Shown: positions 8,586 to 17,817 of the stretch, piece after piece
How the letters are laid out: every line of letters starts with the position of its first letter
How positions within the stretch are numbered: position 1 is the first letter of the stretch
Assembly (NCBI RefSeq): GCF_002803295.2
Contig: NZ_PGGB02000002.1
Span: forward strand, 5,099-37,098
Source of the DNA: Caedibacter taeniospiralis
GTDB lineage: Bacteria; Pseudomonadota; Gammaproteobacteria; Francisellales; Francisellaceae
Length of the DNA stretch: 32,000 bases
Direction: 5' to 3'
Program-made: the position numbers and the translations under genes
The notes under the pieces: model-generated
What the model saw: only the letters and a program-made list of their open reading frames with translations
Database searches by the model: none
What the model was told of the DNA's origin: nothing

Positions 8586-9484
8586 ATGCGTAAATTTTTA
8601 GGGGCAATAGAGGCGGGAGGTACTAAATTTGTATGTGCCATTGGCACGGATCAAGGGGAAATATTGGATCGTGTGCGTTTTGCAACAAAGACTCCTGAGC
8701 AAACGATGGCAGAAGTGGTTGAGTTTTTCCATCAGCATATGACTCAATACTCAATCAGTGCGATTGGTTGTGGTTCTTTTGGTCCTATTGACCCTGATAA
8801 GTCCTCTGATACATACGGACACATTACGCATACGCCAAAGCTTGCCTGGCGAAATTATAATATTGTCAAAACATTGGAAGATGCTTTAAGTGTTTACCCG
8901 TGGCATTTGATACAGATGTTAATGCTGCAGCTTTAGGTGAGTATCACTGGGGAGCGGGCAAAGGCTTAAGCGATCTTGTTTATCTTACCGTTGGGACGGG
9001 GATTGGTGGAGGTATTATAGTCAATCATCAATTAGTTCATGGTAGCGCACATCCTGAGATGGGGCATATTTATGTTCCTGTGGATTTAACCAAAGATGAC
9101 TTCAAAGGTGTTTGCCCCTCACATGGTAATTGTTTCGAGGGACTTGCATCGGGTCCTGCATTAAAAGCACGTTGGCAGGTAAAATCCGCACTTGATTTGC
9201 CAAATGATCATAAGGCCTGGGATATTGAAGCGGACTATTTATCTTATGCCTTAGTGAATTACATCATGTGTTTTATGCCAAAGCGCATTATCTTAGGTGG
9301 TGGGGTGATGAAACAAACCCATCTTTTTGAGAAAATCCGCAAAGCAGTGCGACAAAAAATCAATGGTTATTTAAATCAGGTCTATTGTGATCGTTTGGAA
9401 ACCATTATTGTGCCACCTGCTCTGGCAGACAATGCAGGCATTATGGGTGCATTGGCTTTGGCGAATACGCTCACAATTGAATAG
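8586..9484 (+). pseudogene. ROK-family fructokinase (Mak/YajF-like) interrupted by one frameshift near 8898-8900
   Basis: The N-terminal part, MRKFLGAIEAGGTKFVCAIG… (ROK ATP-binding motif), runs to …TLEDALSVYP in the frame of ORF 8520..8936. The conserved continuation, VAFDTDVNAAALGE…LTVGTGIGGG…HPEMGH…CPSHGNCFEGLASGPA (the Zn-binding Cys/His motif of ROK kinases), is in the frame of ORF 8900..9484. A single missing nucleotide (…tac ccg [g]tg gca ttt gat…) would restore one ~299-aa protein. Confidence 0.82.
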
Positions 9485-9537
9485 CACTACTGCAAGTGGC
9501 TTGAGAATAAACAGTCTAATAAAGAAGGTACACAAAA

Positions 9538-9894
9538 ATGAATATCAATGAAGTTGGAAAGGTATATGAAAGACCCTGGGGAACCTACCGCACGATTGAG
9601 CTCGCAACAGGCTATCAGGTTAAAGTAATTACGGTAAACCCAGGGGGGCAGTTGTCGCTACAAAAACACTTCAAGCGGGCTGAGCATTGGGTGGTGGTCA
9701 AAGGCTCGCCAACATTTACCATTAGTGAGAGTAAAAAGACTTATCTGGTTAACGAACATGTTTACATCGAAAAGGAAGAAGTACATCGTATGGAAAATAA
9801 TACCGATCTGCCTTGTGAAATTGTTGAAGTCCAAATCGGCAATTATCTCGGTGAGGACGACATTGTTCGGCTAGAGGATATTTATAACCGTTAA
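9538..9894 (+). CDS. Cupin-domain protein resembling the C-terminal mannose-6-phosphate isomerase domain of type II PMI/ManC, 118 aa
   Basis: …ERPWGTYRTIE…YQVKVITVNPGGQLSLQKHFKRAEHWVVVKG…GEDDIVRLEDIYNR matches the cupin PMI domain of bifunctional ManC proteins. The His/Glu metal ligands are present in the QKH…EHW context. Confidence 0.75.
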   Translation: MNINEVGKVYERPWGTYRTIELATGYQVKVITVNPGGQLSLQKHFKRAEHWVVVKGSPTFTISESKKTYLVNEHVYIEKEEVHRMENNTDLPCEIVEVQIGNYLGEDDIVRLEDIYNR

Positions 9895-9897
9895 ATA

Positions 9898-9926
9898 TGT
9901 ACTTATATGAGTACTTGCTCTATAAT
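9898..9926 (+). promoter_or_regulatory. Putative yefM-yoeB promoter with an overlapping GTAC-core inverted repeat (candidate autorepression operator)
   Basis: A -10 TATAAT lies at 9921-9926. A weak -35, TGTACT, lies at 9898-9903 (17-nt spacer). The inverted repeat gtact-tatatg-agtac (9899-9914) overlaps the -35 and spacer. From memory, E. coli YefM-YoeB operators are built around TGTACA-type cores. Confidence 0.4.
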
Positions 9927-9960
9927 CCAGGCATCCTGATTTTAAGTGAAAAGATTTTTT

Positions 9961-10218
9961 ATGCATACCGTCAACTATAGTAATTTTGGCAACCAGCTTG
10001 CAGCTTCCATGGATAAGGTTGTAATGGATCATCAACCAATGATTGTTACCAGAGGCAGCGATAAATCTGCGGTGGTGGTGATGTCTTTGGAGGACTTCAA
10101 ATCGTATGAAGAGACTGCTTATTTGATGTCAAGCTATGTAAATGCAAGCCGTTTAAATGCAGCGATTAAGGAAATCAATAACCAGCAAGTGCAACGACAT
10201 GGAATAATTGAGGAATGA
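9961..10218 (+). CDS. yefM: Type II antitoxin, Phd/YefM family, 85 aa
   Basis: MHTVNYSNFGNQLAASMDKVVMDHQPMIVTR…VVMSLEDFKSYEETAYLMSS..NASRL aligns along its length with E. coli YefM (…ISYSEARQNL…ILITRQ…[26 protein letters not shown]…). The stop overlaps the toxin start (ATGA at 10215-10218). The ORF track's 9946 start is a GTG, and the ATG at 9961 fits family length better. Confidence 0.9.
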   Translation: MHTVNYSNFGNQLAASMDKVVMDHQPMIVTRGSDKSAVVVMSLEDFKSYEETAYLMSSYVNASRLNAAIKEINNQQVQRHGIIEE

Positions 10219-10472
10219 TCCTGGCTTGGTCAACGTGTGCTTGGGAAGATTATCTTTTTTGGCAGGAAAATGATAAAAAGAAGCTAAAGCGCATCAATCA
10301 GTTGATCAAAGACATTAAGCGAACGCCTTTTTCTGGTCTGGGTGATCCTGAACCTTTGCGTTATAATTGGGCAGGTTTCTGGTCGCGGCGCATTGATCGT
10401 GAACACCGCTTGGTCTATCAATATGAAAATAATACCATCACCATTGCCCAATGTCGTTTTCACTACGGCTAA
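10215..10472 (+). CDS. yoeB: Type II toxin, YoeB/Txe family ribosome-dependent mRNA interferase, 85 aa
   Basis: …WSTCAWEDYLFWQENDKKKLKRINQLIKDIKRTPFSGLGDPEPL…GFWSRRIDREHRLVY…CRFHY parallels E. coli YoeB almost motif for motif. This includes the positions of catalytic Glu46, Arg65 and His83-Tyr84. Confidence 0.93.
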   Translation: MILAWSTCAWEDYLFWQENDKKKLKRINQLIKDIKRTPFSGLGDPEPLRYNWAGFWSRRIDREHRLVYQYENNTITIAQCRFHYG

Positions 10473-10564
10473 CTCTCCTAAAATAAAAACTTGTAATTTT
10501 GGGCTCCAGCGCAATCTATAGCGATTATGTTTTTTACCAACCCAACAATTAAGCAGGGAAATGT

Positions 10565-11119
10565 ATGTTAGAAATGAAAGGCACTACGATTTTATGCGTG
10601 CGCCGTGGTGATGAAGTAGTGATTGGTGGTGATGGTCAAGCGACTCTAGGCAATACGGTGGCTAAGGATAATATTGTTAAAGTGCGTAAATTAAGTAATG
10701 GCAAGGTGTTGACAGGTTTTGCAGGTTCAACCGCAGATGCGTTTACGTTGTTTGAAAAATTTGAGCAAAAGCTCGATTTTTATCAGGGAAATTTAGAGCG
10801 TGCGTCGGTTGAAATGGTACGTGAATGGCGTTTGGATCGAATGATGAGTAAATTGGAGGCGATGATTATTGTAGCTGATGAAAATAAATCACTCCTTATC
10901 TCTGGCGTTGGAGATGTCATGGCAGCCGATGAAAGAGGTATCTTGTCGATTGGTTCAGGTTCGGCCTTTGCAAAAGCCGCAGCTCACGCTTTGGTCGATA
11001 ACACGGATTTGCCAGCCTACGAAATCGTGCAAAAAAGCTTAAATATCGCTGCAGATATTTGTATTTACACCAATCATAATTTAACCATTGAAAAATTACC
11101 CAACAAGGCAAAAGCATAA
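10565..11119 (+). CDS. hslV: ATP-dependent protease subunit HslV (ClpQ), 184 aa
   Basis: …[27 protein letters not shown]…[14 protein letters not shown]… The catalytic N-terminal Thr is preceded by a short propeptide (MLEMKG). hslU follows immediately. Confidence 0.93.
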   Translation: MLEMKGTTILCVRRGDEVVIGGDGQATLGNTVAKDNIVKVRKLSNGKVLTGFAGSTADAFTLFEKFEQKLDFYQGNLERASVEMVREWRLDRMMSKLEAMIIVADENKSLLISGVGDVMAADERGILSIGSGSAFAKAAAHALVDNTDLPAYEIVQKSLNIAADICIYTNHNLTIEKLPNKAKA

Positions 11120-11143
11120 GCCATTTTTGTTAAGGAAGAGACT

Positions 11144-12493
11144 ATGTCGCAAATGACACCTAAAGAAATTGTAAGTGAATTAGATCGTTTTATCATTGGT
11201 CAGAAAGCTGCTAAAAAAGCCGTGGCCATTGCCCTTAGAAACCGCTGGCGCAGAATGCAATTAGAAGAAGGAATGCGCCAGGAGGTAACCCCTAAAAATA
11301 TTTTAATGATCGGACCCACAGGGGTTGGTAAAACTGAAATTGCGCGACGCTTGGCAAAACTTGCTAATGCCCCATTTATCAAGATTGAGGCAACAAAATT
11401 TACGGAAGTTGGTTATGTGGGTAAGGATGTAGATTCTATCATTCGTGATCTGGCTGATATTGCGATTAAAATGTACCGTGAGCAGGAGAAAACAAAAGTA
11501 TCCGTGCGTGCGGATGTGCTTGCCAGAGAGCGTATCCTCGATGCGCTATTACCTCCAGCAAGAGAAAGTAAGGTTGGTTTCGCTAATGAGCCTATTGAGA
11601 TGGAGCAAAAAAGCGAAAGCACCACACGCCAGTTATTTAGAAAAAAACTGGAGGCTGGCGAGCTGAATGACAAAGAAATTGAAATTGATATTGCAATGGC
11701 ACCGCAGCAGATGAATATCATGGGACCTCCAGGCATGGAGGATATGACCGATCAGCTGCAAAACCTGTTTTCTGCCATGGGGAACGAACGTAGAAAACGC
11801 AGAAAAATTAAAGTTAAAGATGCCCTGAAGTTATTGCAAGATGAAGAAGCAGGCAAGCTTGTTAATGAAGATGACGTTAAGCTTAAAGCGATTGAGGCGG
11901 TTGAACAGAACGGGATTGTGTTTATTGATGAGATTGACAAGGTATGTAAAAGATCAGAACAGCGCGGAGGTGATGTCTCACGCGAAGGTGTGCAGCGTGA
12001 TTTGTTGCCATTGGTTGAAGGCTCAACCGTAAGTACCAAATATGGCATGATAAAAACCGATCATATATTATTTATTGCCTCAGGGGCATTTCATGTGGCT
12101 AAACCATCCGACTTAATTCCTGAACTGCAAGGTCGTTTACCAATTCGTGTTGAGCTTAGATCTCTTGAGGTAGAAGACTTTGTGCGTATTCTTAGCGAGC
12201 CTGATTATTCGCTAATTAAACAATATATTGCGTTATTAGCTACGGAAGCGCTTAATGTGACTTTTGACAACGATGCGGTGAGGCGTGTCGCTGAGATTGC
12301 ATATCGGGTTAATGAAGAAGTTGAAAACATTGGTGCAAGGCGCTTACATACGGTATTGGAGCGATTGTTGGAAGAAGTATCTTTTGATGCGTCAGATCGG
12401 ACTGAAAAAAGCTTCAACATAAGCGCGGATTATGTTAATGAAAAACTAGGTGATTTGGTCAAGGATCGTGACTTAAGCCAGTATATTCTTTAG
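11144..12493 (+). CDS. hslU: ATP-dependent protease ATPase subunit HslU (ClpY), 449 aa
   Basis: It begins [32 protein letters not shown]. Walker A is [15 protein letters not shown] and Walker B is [10 protein letters not shown]. It also has …[11 protein letters not shown]… and a C-terminal …DLSQYIL. An AAGGAAG RBS lies upstream. Confidence 0.96.
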   Translation: MSQMTPKEIVSELDRFIIGQKAAKKAVAIALRNRWRRMQLEEGMRQEVTPKNILMIGPTGVGKTEIARRLAKLANAPFIKIEATKFTEVGYVGKDVDSIIRDLADIAIKMYREQEKTKVSVRADVLARERILDALLPPARESKVGFANEPIEMEQKSESTTRQLFRKKLEAGELNDKEIEIDIAMAPQQMNIMGPPGMEDMTDQLQNLFSAMGNERRKRRKIKVKDALKLLQDEEAGKLVNEDDVKLKAIEAVEQNGIVFIDEIDKVCKRSEQRGGDVSREGVQRDLLPLVEGSTVSTKYGMIKTDHILFIASGAFHVAKPSDLIPELQGRLPIRVELRSLEVEDFVRILSEPDYSLIKQYIALLATEALNVTFDNDAVRRVAEIAYRVNEEVENIGARRLHTVLERLLEEVSFDASDRTEKSFNISADYVNEKLGDLVKDRDLSQYIL

Positions 12494-12551
12494 TACATTT
12501 AAGCAGCTAAATAAAATTCGGTGATAACCATAGAAAACTCAAAAAATGCAA

Positions 12552-12579
12552 TTGACTTTGGGGCTTTAGCCCTTATAAT
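12552..12579 (+). promoter_or_regulatory. Strong sigma70-type promoter for the tRNA Gly-Cys-Leu operon
   Basis: The -35 is TTGACT (12552-12557), the spacer is 16 nt, and the -10 is a consensus TATAAT (12574-12579). It ends 13 nt upstream of the mature tRNA-Gly 5' end. Confidence 0.7.
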
Positions 12580-12592
12580 CTGTCCCTGTTCT

Positions 12593-12667
12593 GCGGGAAT
12601 AGCTCAGCGGTAGAGCACAACCTTGCCAAGGTTGGGGTCGCGAGTTCGAACCTCGTTTCCCGCTCCA
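12593..12667 (+). tRNA. tRNA-Gly (anticodon GCC)
   Basis: I folded it by hand. The acceptor stem is GCGGGAA/TTCCCGC. The anticodon stem-loop is CAACC-TTGCCAA-GGTTG. The T arm is GCGAG-TTCGAAC-CTCGT. CCA is encoded. It is near-identical in layout to E. coli tRNA-Gly(GCC). Confidence 0.95.
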
Positions 12668-12670
12668 GAT

Positions 12671-12744
12671 GGCTGGGTAGCAAAATGGTTATGCAGAGGC
12701 CTGCAAAGCCTTGGACACCGGTTCGATTCCGGTCTCAGCCTCCA
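12671..12744 (+). tRNA. tRNA-Cys (anticodon GCA)
   Basis: The acceptor stem is GGCTGGG/CTCAGCC (one G-U pair). The D stem has the A13:A22 mismatch typical of tRNA-Cys. The anticodon loop is CTGCAAA and the T arm is ACCGG-TTCGATT-CCGGT. The discriminator is U73, followed by CCA. Confidence 0.95.
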
Positions 12745-12759
12745 GAACAAAGTTTTAGT

Positions 12760-12848
12760 GCCTGGGTGGTGAAATAGGTAGACACAAGGGACTTAAAATC
12801 CCTCGAGACTTAACTCTCGTGCCGGTTCGACTCCGGCCCCAGGCACCA
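12760..12848 (+). tRNA. tRNA-Leu (anticodon TAA), class II with long variable arm
   Basis: The acceptor stem is GCCTGGG/CCCAGGC. The anticodon stem-loop is AGGGA-CTTAAAA-TCCCT. The long variable arm is CGAGACTTAACTCTCG. The T arm is GCCGG-TTCGACT-CCGGC, followed by A-CCA. The Gly-Cys-Leu order is the same as glyW-cysT-leuZ in E. coli. Confidence 0.95.
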
Positions 12849-12962
12849 TGTCTACGTTCATTTTCATGGCGACAGATTTTTGCAATGCGAGAGCGCTTGC
12901 TTGTCCTTTCAACTTAGACTAGACTGCTGTGCTTCGAAAATAGACAAATCAACATAATTACA

Positions 12963-13307
12963 ATGGAAACAAAGCAAATTTTAGATTTAGCCGTGAATGC
13001 CCTTGAGGATATCAAAGCCGAAAATATCACCGTTATGAATGTTGAGCATTTAACTGAGCTTATGAGCTACGTGGTTGTGTGTACGGCTAACTCTGGCACG
13101 CACGCAAAGGCACTTGCCAGTCATCTTGAGCTGACGGCAAAAAGAAATATGCTGACCATACTCGGTGTTGAGGGTGAAGCCAAAAGTGATTGGGTATTGG
13201 TTGATCTAGGCGATGTCGTCGTCCATATTATGCGCGAAGAAACCAGACAGTTTTATCAGTTAGAAAAACTTTGGGATATCAAACCAAATTCACCAAAAGC
13301 GCTTTAA
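12963..13307 (+). CDS. rsfS: Ribosomal silencing factor RsfS (iojap-like), 114 aa
   Basis: …ALEDIKAENITVMNV..LT.LMSYVVVCTANSGTHAKALASHL…DWVLVDLGDVVVHIMREETRQFYQLEKLW is the characteristic RsfS/DUF143 pattern. It is not flanked here by nadD or rlmH. Confidence 0.9.
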   Translation: METKQILDLAVNALEDIKAENITVMNVEHLTELMSYVVVCTANSGTHAKALASHLELTAKRNMLTILGVEGEAKSDWVLVDLGDVVVHIMREETRQFYQLEKLWDIKPNSPKAL

Positions 13308-13379
13308 TAACATGCAAAAAACAGCGTCAAACTTATGGGTAGTTATTTGAGATAAATATGCCAGAAAAATAACCGTTTT

Positions 13380-13649
13380 TTAGGCAGTGCTGAGTAGCAG
13401 TTTCATTTCTTCAGGGGAGACAAATCCGGCTAAACGTCTGGTGGCCTTACGAATTTCAGAGATGGGCAATACCACCTGGCATAATCGATTAAGAAAAACA
13501 GTACCTGACTTACAACCACGCGCTGCCGCTAGATTTATAATATAGCGCATACGCTCAAGTGTTCTTTTATCTTTGGTCACTGATTGATTAAATGATTGTA
13601 AATAATTAACCACCCAATCAAAAGTTAGCAAGAACTTTCCTTTCAACAT
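13380..13649 (-). CDS. Hypothetical small basic protein, 89 aa, with no family recognised
   Basis: The only evidence is an ORF with a 246-bp upstream non-coding region. The translation, MLKGKFLLTFDWVVNYLQSFNQSV…RGCKSGTVFLNRLCQ…, gives me no confident match. It looks helical and Lys/Arg-rich. Confidence 0.4.
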   Translation of the reverse strand: MLKGKFLLTFDWVVNYLQSFNQSVTKDKRTLERMRYIINLAAARGCKSGTVFLNRLCQVVLPISEIRKATRRLAGFVSPEEMKLLLSTA

Positions 13650-13895
13650 GCGGAACTCCTATTTAGCTTTGGCTGCTTGCACGCAATGATGACAGGCAAG
13701 GTGATTTATTTCAAGTTTCGGCAAGCAAATAATTGCTGTTTCCACGCCTGAAAGCGATGACTGATCAAGCGTGATTACAAAACAAAATACTTGTTTTTGC
13801 AATCTGCATCCGAGCCTAAAAAACACTTTATATTTTCAAAAATTTGGGTATATTCTCTAAACAAAATTCAAGCAATAGCATTTTAGGATAACTCC

Positions 13896-14846
13896 ATGTC
13901 GGATTTAATGCTTTTTAGTGGTCGCGCAAGTAGTGCGCTGACCGAAGAAATTTCCCATTTTTTGGGTGTACAACTTGGCAGAGCAACTGTTTCAACATTC
14001 AGTGATGGGGAATCACATATTGAGATTATCGACAATGTCAGAGGGCGCGATGTCTTTATCGTCCAATCCACGTGCCCGCCAAGTAATGACTACATCATGG
14101 AGCTCATGTTTTTAACTGACGCACTACGTCGCTCATCAGCTGGGCGCATTACTGCAGTCATTCCCTACTTTGGTTACGCGCGCCAGGATCGTCGCGTGCG
14201 TTCATCACGCGTACCCATCTCTGCCCGTGTAGTGGCTGACATGCTAACAGGCGTCGGCATTGATCGTCTGCTTACGGTAGATATTCACGCAGAGCAGATT
14301 CAGGGTTTTTTCAATATACCCCTGGATAACGTTTACGGCACACCAATTCTTTTGGATTACATCCGTGCACGTCACCTGGAAAACCCTATCGTCGTCTCTC
14401 CTGATATCGGGGGAGTTGTCCGCGCACGCGCCATGGCAAAAGCCTTAAATACAGACTTGGCGATTATTGATAAGCGTCGTCAAAAAGCGAATGAATCAGA
14501 AGTAATGAATATTATTGGGGATATCACCGATCGCCATTGCTTGATCGTCGATGACATTGTCGATACAGCAGGCACTTTGTGCAAAGCTGCTCAAGCGTTG
14601 ATTGAGCACGGAGCAGATAAGGTTTCTGCCTACTGTGTTCACCCTGTGTTATCAGGAAATGCAATTGCAAACATTGAAAGCTCGGTATTAGAAGAACTTG
14701 TTGTTACCAATTCCATTCCGCTTCATACCAATGCACTTAAGTGTAAAAAAATCAAAACCCTTTCATTAGCGCCTATGTTGTCCGAAGCCATTCGTCGAAC
14801 TAACAATGAAGAGTCGATCAGTTTAATGTTTTGTGACTTAATTTAA
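13896..14846 (+). CDS. prs: Ribose-phosphate pyrophosphokinase (PRPP synthetase), 316 aa
   Basis: …[23 protein letters not shown]…[10 protein letters not shown]…[13 protein letters not shown]… The PRPP-binding loop is [13 protein letters not shown]. Confidence 0.96.
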   Translation: MSDLMLFSGRASSALTEEISHFLGVQLGRATVSTFSDGESHIEIIDNVRGRDVFIVQSTCPPSNDYIMELMFLTDALRRSSAGRITAVIPYFGYARQDRRVRSSRVPISARVVADMLTGVGIDRLLTVDIHAEQIQGFFNIPLDNVYGTPILLDYIRARHLENPIVVSPDIGGVVRARAMAKALNTDLAIIDKRRQKANESEVMNIIGDITDRHCLIVDDIVDTAGTLCKAAQALIEHGADKVSAYCVHPVLSGNAIANIESSVLEELVVTNSIPLHTNALKCKKIKTLSLAPMLSEAIRRTNNEESISLMFCDLI

Positions 14847-14849
14847 ATC

Positions 14850-14878
14850 TTAACTTTTCTCTTTACTTCTGTTACAAT
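14850..14878 (+). promoter_or_regulatory. Sigma70-type promoter upstream of rplY
   Basis: The -35 is TTAACT (14850-14855), the spacer is 17 nt, and the -10 is TACAAT (14873-14878). This leaves a ~75-nt leader before the rplY ATG, and the leader contains the 8-bp palindrome ctgatcag. Confidence 0.45.
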
Positions 14879-14957
14879 CTCGCGGCTTTCTGATCAGGGT
14901 CGCATGGTCTGAAAGTGGTTTAAAACTAACTTTAATCACAAATTTAAGGAATTAAAA

Positions 14958-15248
14958 ATGACTGAATTTACATTCCAGGCGGAATTAAAAACTGAAACAG
15001 GTACGGGTGCGAGCCGCCGCCTACGTAAAACAGGTAAAATCCCTGCAATTATCTATGGCAATGGCGCAGAAGCAATTTCAATCTCACTTGATCACAACAA
15101 GATATTCCACGCTTTAGAAAACAAGGACTTCTACAGTGCAACCGTCAGCATTAACATTGACGGCAAAACTGAAAGCGTTAAAATCAAAGCATTACAACGT
15201 CATCCATTTAAGCCGAAAATCCTCCACGCCGATTTCATCCGCGCATAA
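14958..15248 (+). CDS. rplY: 50S ribosomal protein L25 (short, E. coli-type form), 96 aa
   Basis: …GTGASRRLRKTGKIPAIIYG…HNKI..AL.N..FYS…LQRHPFKPKILHADF is the L25 5S-rRNA-binding domain without the CTC extension. An AAGGA RBS lies upstream. Confidence 0.92.
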   Translation: MTEFTFQAELKTETGTGASRRLRKTGKIPAIIYGNGAEAISISLDHNKIFHALENKDFYSATVSINIDGKTESVKIKALQRHPFKPKILHADFIRA

Positions 15249-15575
15249 ATACTCAATAAGCTTTCAGTACGTGACATCAAAACCTCTTGGCTGATGTCGC
15301 GGTTAATAAGTCTTTAAGTACTTTACTTTCAATATTTGATTATTTTTAACTCATTATAATTACAGGTTCGCAGACGGAACGACGTCAAAGCCGTGATGAA
15401 TCACATTCCCAAATGCACCCTTTAACTTAGTGCCATTGCCCTTTAACTTCGTTTAAGGGGGTGCTTATCCCTTTTGGGCAAAGATCTGACTGGTCATTAA
15501 TGCTTAGGTTTTTACTGCTTTTGCTCGTTATTCTCGTTAAAATGTGTAGCTAATGAAAAATAATGAAATACGCTG

Positions 15576-17648
15576 ATGTTAGATAAACTCGACTTATTAT
15601 TTGAACTAGGCACGGAAGAGCTGCCACCAAAAGCCCTCAAACAAATGGCACAAAATCTGTTAGATCAGGTGTGCAAGCAGTTAGATGATTTAGACATTGA
15701 CTATCAAGACAAATCGTTTTATGCGTCACCGCGGCGTTTAGCGTTTATCATCAGAAACATTCAAACCATGCAAAAGGATCGCTTAATCGACAAAGAGGGT
15801 CCTTTTATCGATAAAGCTTATGATGATAAAGGTGTGCCAACAAAAGCTGCATTGGGATTTGCACAAGCCTGTGGCGTGGGGTTTGATAAGCTCTCAACCA
15901 TTGAGCATCAAAAGGGCAAGCGACTTTTTTATCAGGTTCAGCAACAAGGTCTTAGAACCAAAGACATCATTGGCGAAATCATTGATGGCGCACTCAAAAG
16001 ATTACCCATTCCAAAGATGATGCGCTGGGGAAATGAGGATCATCAATTTGTACGCCCTGTGCACTGGGCGGTGCTATTGCTTGGTGATGGGCTGATTGTG
16101 CATTCATTCTATGGTTGTAAAACATCTCATATCAGCTATGGTCACCGTTTCCATCACCCTGATGCGATTCATATTAATTCTTCGGCAGAATATGTTGCAA
16201 AACTAAAAAATGCTCATGTTCTTGTTGATTGGGAAATGCGTAAGTCTACGGTGATTCAGTCTGCAAAGGCTTTGGCTAAATCTCAAGACGCTCATGTAAT
16301 CCTAAATGATGAGTTAGTTGAGGAGGTTACGGCTATTGTCGAGTACCCGCATGCACTATTGTGTGACTTTGACCAAAGCTTTCTGCGAGTACCACAAGAG
16401 GCACTTAGTTCGGCGATGGAAGGTCATCAGAAGTGTTTTGCACTGGTGGATAAAAACAATAAGCTGGTCAATCATTTTATTACCATGAGTAATATCGACA
16501 GTCATGCTCCGCAAACGGTGATTAAGGGAAATAACAAAGTGATGGCTGCACGCTTATCAGATGCGGCATTTTTCTATGATACAGATGTTAAAAAACCGTT
16601 AGACACCTATATTGAAAAGCTTAAAGTGGTGACGTTTCAGAAGGAGCTAGGTTCGGTTTATGACCGCACACAGCGTATTGCGCTTCTGGCAAAGTCGATC
16701 GCAGGACATATTGGTGCGGATGAAGCGCTCGCCCATCGCGCAGGGCTTCTCAGTAAAGCAGATTTAATGACTGGTATGGTTTATGAGTTTACTGACTTGC
16801 AAGGCATTATGGGTAAATATTACGCACGTGCTCATGGCGAAAATGAAGCCGTATGTGAGGCAATTGAGCAGCAATATTGGCCAAAATATGCAGGTGATCG
16901 CCTGCCAAATGGAAAAGTTGCTCAAGCACTAGCTTTGGCAGAGAAATTAGATACGCTGGTTGGAATTTTTGGCATAGGGCAAAAACCGACAGGTGATAAA
17001 GATCCATTTGCATTGAGACGTGCCGCGATTGGTGTGCTGCGAATTTTAAAAGAATGCCATGTAAAAATTGCATTATCAACCCTGGTTCAGTTATCGATAG
17101 AAAGCTTCGCACATGATCAGCTTCAAAATATTAACGGGTTGAAAGAAGCCTTAATGCAATTTTTTGTTGATCGCCTAAAAGTTATTTACAAAGAAGAGGG
17201 CGTTGCAGCTGAAATTTTTGAAGCAGTAAGAGCCGTTGCGCATACGGATGTTACTGACTTTGACGCGCGCATCAGTGCTGTAATTGAGTTTAAGACCCAT
17301 CCCGCATGTGAGCGTTTAGCACAAAGCAATAAGCGTGTTGCGAATATCCTTAACAAAAATAATGTCAATCAGGTGTTAAGTATCAATAAAGCATTGTTGC
17401 AAGAGCCTGCTGAGTTTACCTTGTTTGAAGCTTTAACCAATACCAAAGCGCGATTAGAATCTATTCTTGCTAATACAGAATATAAAACTGCACTTATGGT
17501 GCTTTCGCAGTTGGATCAACCGATTGCAGATTTTTTTGAGCATATAATGGTCATAGCGGAAGATGAAAGCGTTAAAAATAATCGCTTGGCATTGTTGCAG
17601 CAGTTATCGGTTTTATTTAAACAAGTTGCTGATTTGGCTGTTTTATAG
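15576..17648 (+). CDS. glyS: Glycine--tRNA ligase beta subunit, 690 aa
   Basis: The N-terminus reads …LLFELGTEELPPKAL…. It also has …RPVHW…, …FITMSNI… and …DPFALRRAAIGVLRI…, giving full-length agreement with GlyS. No glyQ ORF lies upstream in this window. Confidence 0.95.
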   Translation: MLDKLDLLFELGTEELPPKALKQMAQNLLDQVCKQLDDLDIDYQDKSFYASPRRLAFIIRNIQTMQKDRLIDKEGPFIDKAYDDKGVPTKAALGFAQACGVGFDKLSTIEHQKGKRLFYQVQQQGLRTKDIIGEIIDGALKRLPIPKMMRWGNEDHQFVRPVHWAVLLLGDGLIVHSFYGCKTSHISYGHRFHHPDAIHINSSAEYVAKLKNAHVLVDWEMRKSTVIQSAKALAKSQDAHVILNDELVEEVTAIVEYPHALLCDFDQSFLRVPQEALSSAMEGHQKCFALVDKNNKLVNHFITMSNIDSHAPQTVIKGNNKVMAARLSDAAFFYDTDVKKPLDTYIEKLKVVTFQKELGSVYDRTQRIALLAKSIAGHIGADEALAHRAGLLSKADLMTGMVYEFTDLQGIMGKYYARAHGENEAVCEAIEQQYWPKYAGDRLPNGKVAQALALAEKLDTLVGIFGIGQKPTGDKDPFALRRAAIGVLRILKECHVKIALSTLVQLSIESFAHDQLQNINGLKEALMQFFVDRLKVIYKEEGVAAEIFEAVRAVAHTDVTDFDARISAVIEFKTHPACERLAQSNKRVANILNKNNVNQVLSINKALLQEPAEFTLFEALTNTKARLESILANTEYKTALMVLSQLDQPIADFFEHIMVIAEDESVKNNRLALLQQLSVLFKQVADLAVL

Positions 17649-17666
17649 TGCATGGGCGTATTGCTA

Positions 17667-17715
17667 CACCCTACGGGTGAGAGTAGTAGGGTGGATAAGC
17701 CAAAGGCGCATCCAC
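17667..17715. repeat. REP-like GC-rich double hairpin immediately after glyS
   Basis: There is a perfect 8-bp stem, caccctac (17667-17674) / gtagggtg (17686-17693). A second stem overlaps it: gtggat (17691-17696) / atccac (17710-17715). The GC content is well above the flanks. It probably serves as the glyS terminator or an mRNA-stabilising structure. Confidence 0.6.
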
Positions 17716-17817
17716 GCGGGAAAGCAAAAGCGCAAAACGGACGGAGTAGTCATTCCATTTGCATCATTTTATCTTTGAGGGAGAAGGATCAGGTTTCAGT
17801 CTGGATGGCTGGCGAGA

